DNA of 64,000 nucleotides, from positions 96,001 through 160,000 of the forward strand of contig CAWBMV010000036.1 of the NCBI GenBank assembly GCA_963789955.1, in the 5' to 3' direction. Origin of the DNA: an uncultured Candidatus Rokubacteria bacterium. Lineage in GTDB: Bacteria; Methylomirabilota; Methylomirabilia; Rokubacteriales; CSP1-6. Under the pieces are notes generated by a model. That model made no database searches. It was not told the origin of the DNA and was given only the letters and a program-made list of their open reading frames with translations. How positions within the stretch are numbered: the first letter of the stretch is position 1; each line of letters begins with the position of its first letter. Positions 63,379-64,000 of the stretch are shown here, piece after piece. The position numbers and the translations under genes are program-made.

Positions 63379-64000
63379 GTGGTGGGCTTTGAGATCAGGA
63401 CGGCCGAGGAGTTCGCCGCGCGCGACCTGCAGAGCCTCTGGCCGGCTCGACGCGCCGCGCGCGGGAGGCCGGAGTTCCGGCGTGTCCTCCAGCTCTTCGT
63501 CGAGCGAGGCGGACCGGTTCTCATCGACGAGATGTCCCAGGCTCTCGTTGCTCTGGATGACGAGGACCTGATCCGTATCCAGGACGGGAAAATCGACGTC
63601 GCGTATCCCTTTACGGCGTCGCCCACTTCGTTTGCGGTACGGCTGCCCGATGGTCAGGAGAGGTTCGCCTGCTGCGCCGTGGACGCGCTCGGCATCGCGC
63701 CGATGATCGGGCAACCGGTCGAGATCCGCTCGCGCTGCCATCATTGCGGGGCGCCGCTCGATCTGACGTCGACCCCGGAGGGGCCGCGACCTGAAGGGTC
63801 GGACGTGATGCTCTGGATCGGCCAGCGGGCCGACGATCGCTGCAAGATCGCCGATTCGCTCTGAACGACGATCAACTTCTTCCGGTCGGAAGAGCACCTG
63901 AGGGCGTGGCGAGCCGAGAATCCAGCCGCAGAAGGCGCCGGCACCACGCTCATCGAAGGCTTCAAGCTCGGCGCGCGAATCTTCGGCGGCCTGCTCACAG
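63379..64000 (+). CDS. MerB-like organomercurial lyase, probable selenoprotein (TGA 63862-63864 read as Sec), 3' partial
   Basis: [20 protein letters not shown], then [34 protein letters not shown] open to window end. Confidence 0.8.
63877..63894 (+). promoter_or_regulatory. Candidate bacterial SECIS element
   Basis: TTCTTCC-GGTC-GGAAGAG hairpin, loop starting 20 nt after the TGA. Confidence 0.7.

Noticed and set aside
62416..63897. 493-aa N-terminally extended hydrolase ORF
   Set aside because: True start is ATG 63300 with RBS CAGGAGG; the extension is antisense to the MerB-like gene

Overview
High-GC bacterial chromosomal window with about 60 protein genes and a tRNA-His/Arg/Lys cluster. 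Gene content (many ABC/MFS transporters, LLM, AMP-binding and hot-dog enzymes) resembles soil Ca. Rokubacteria-like genomes, but that assignment is inference only. Many genes in 1-16 kb, 34-38 kb and 57-59 kb are split by 1-bp frameshifts that look like long-read indel errors, so their coordinates are reconstructed. Main content: an ABC transporter/kynureninase/hydantoinase/RidA/aldo-keto-reductase catabolic cluster, a standalone A-T-TE NRPS-like gene converging on a polysaccharide flippase, two ECF sigma modules, leuA with a readable leader-peptide attenuator, a two-component system plus DegQ-like protease, queC-queE and a fluoroacetate-dehalogenase-like hydrolase. The best finding is at the right edge: a MerB (organomercurial lyase)-like gene with an in-frame TGA at the position of the second catalytic Cys, followed by a SECIS-like hairpin, i.e. 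a probable selenoprotein that ORF callers truncate. No integrase, transposase, rRNA or CRISPR array was seen. Family assignments come from motif recognition, not database searches.
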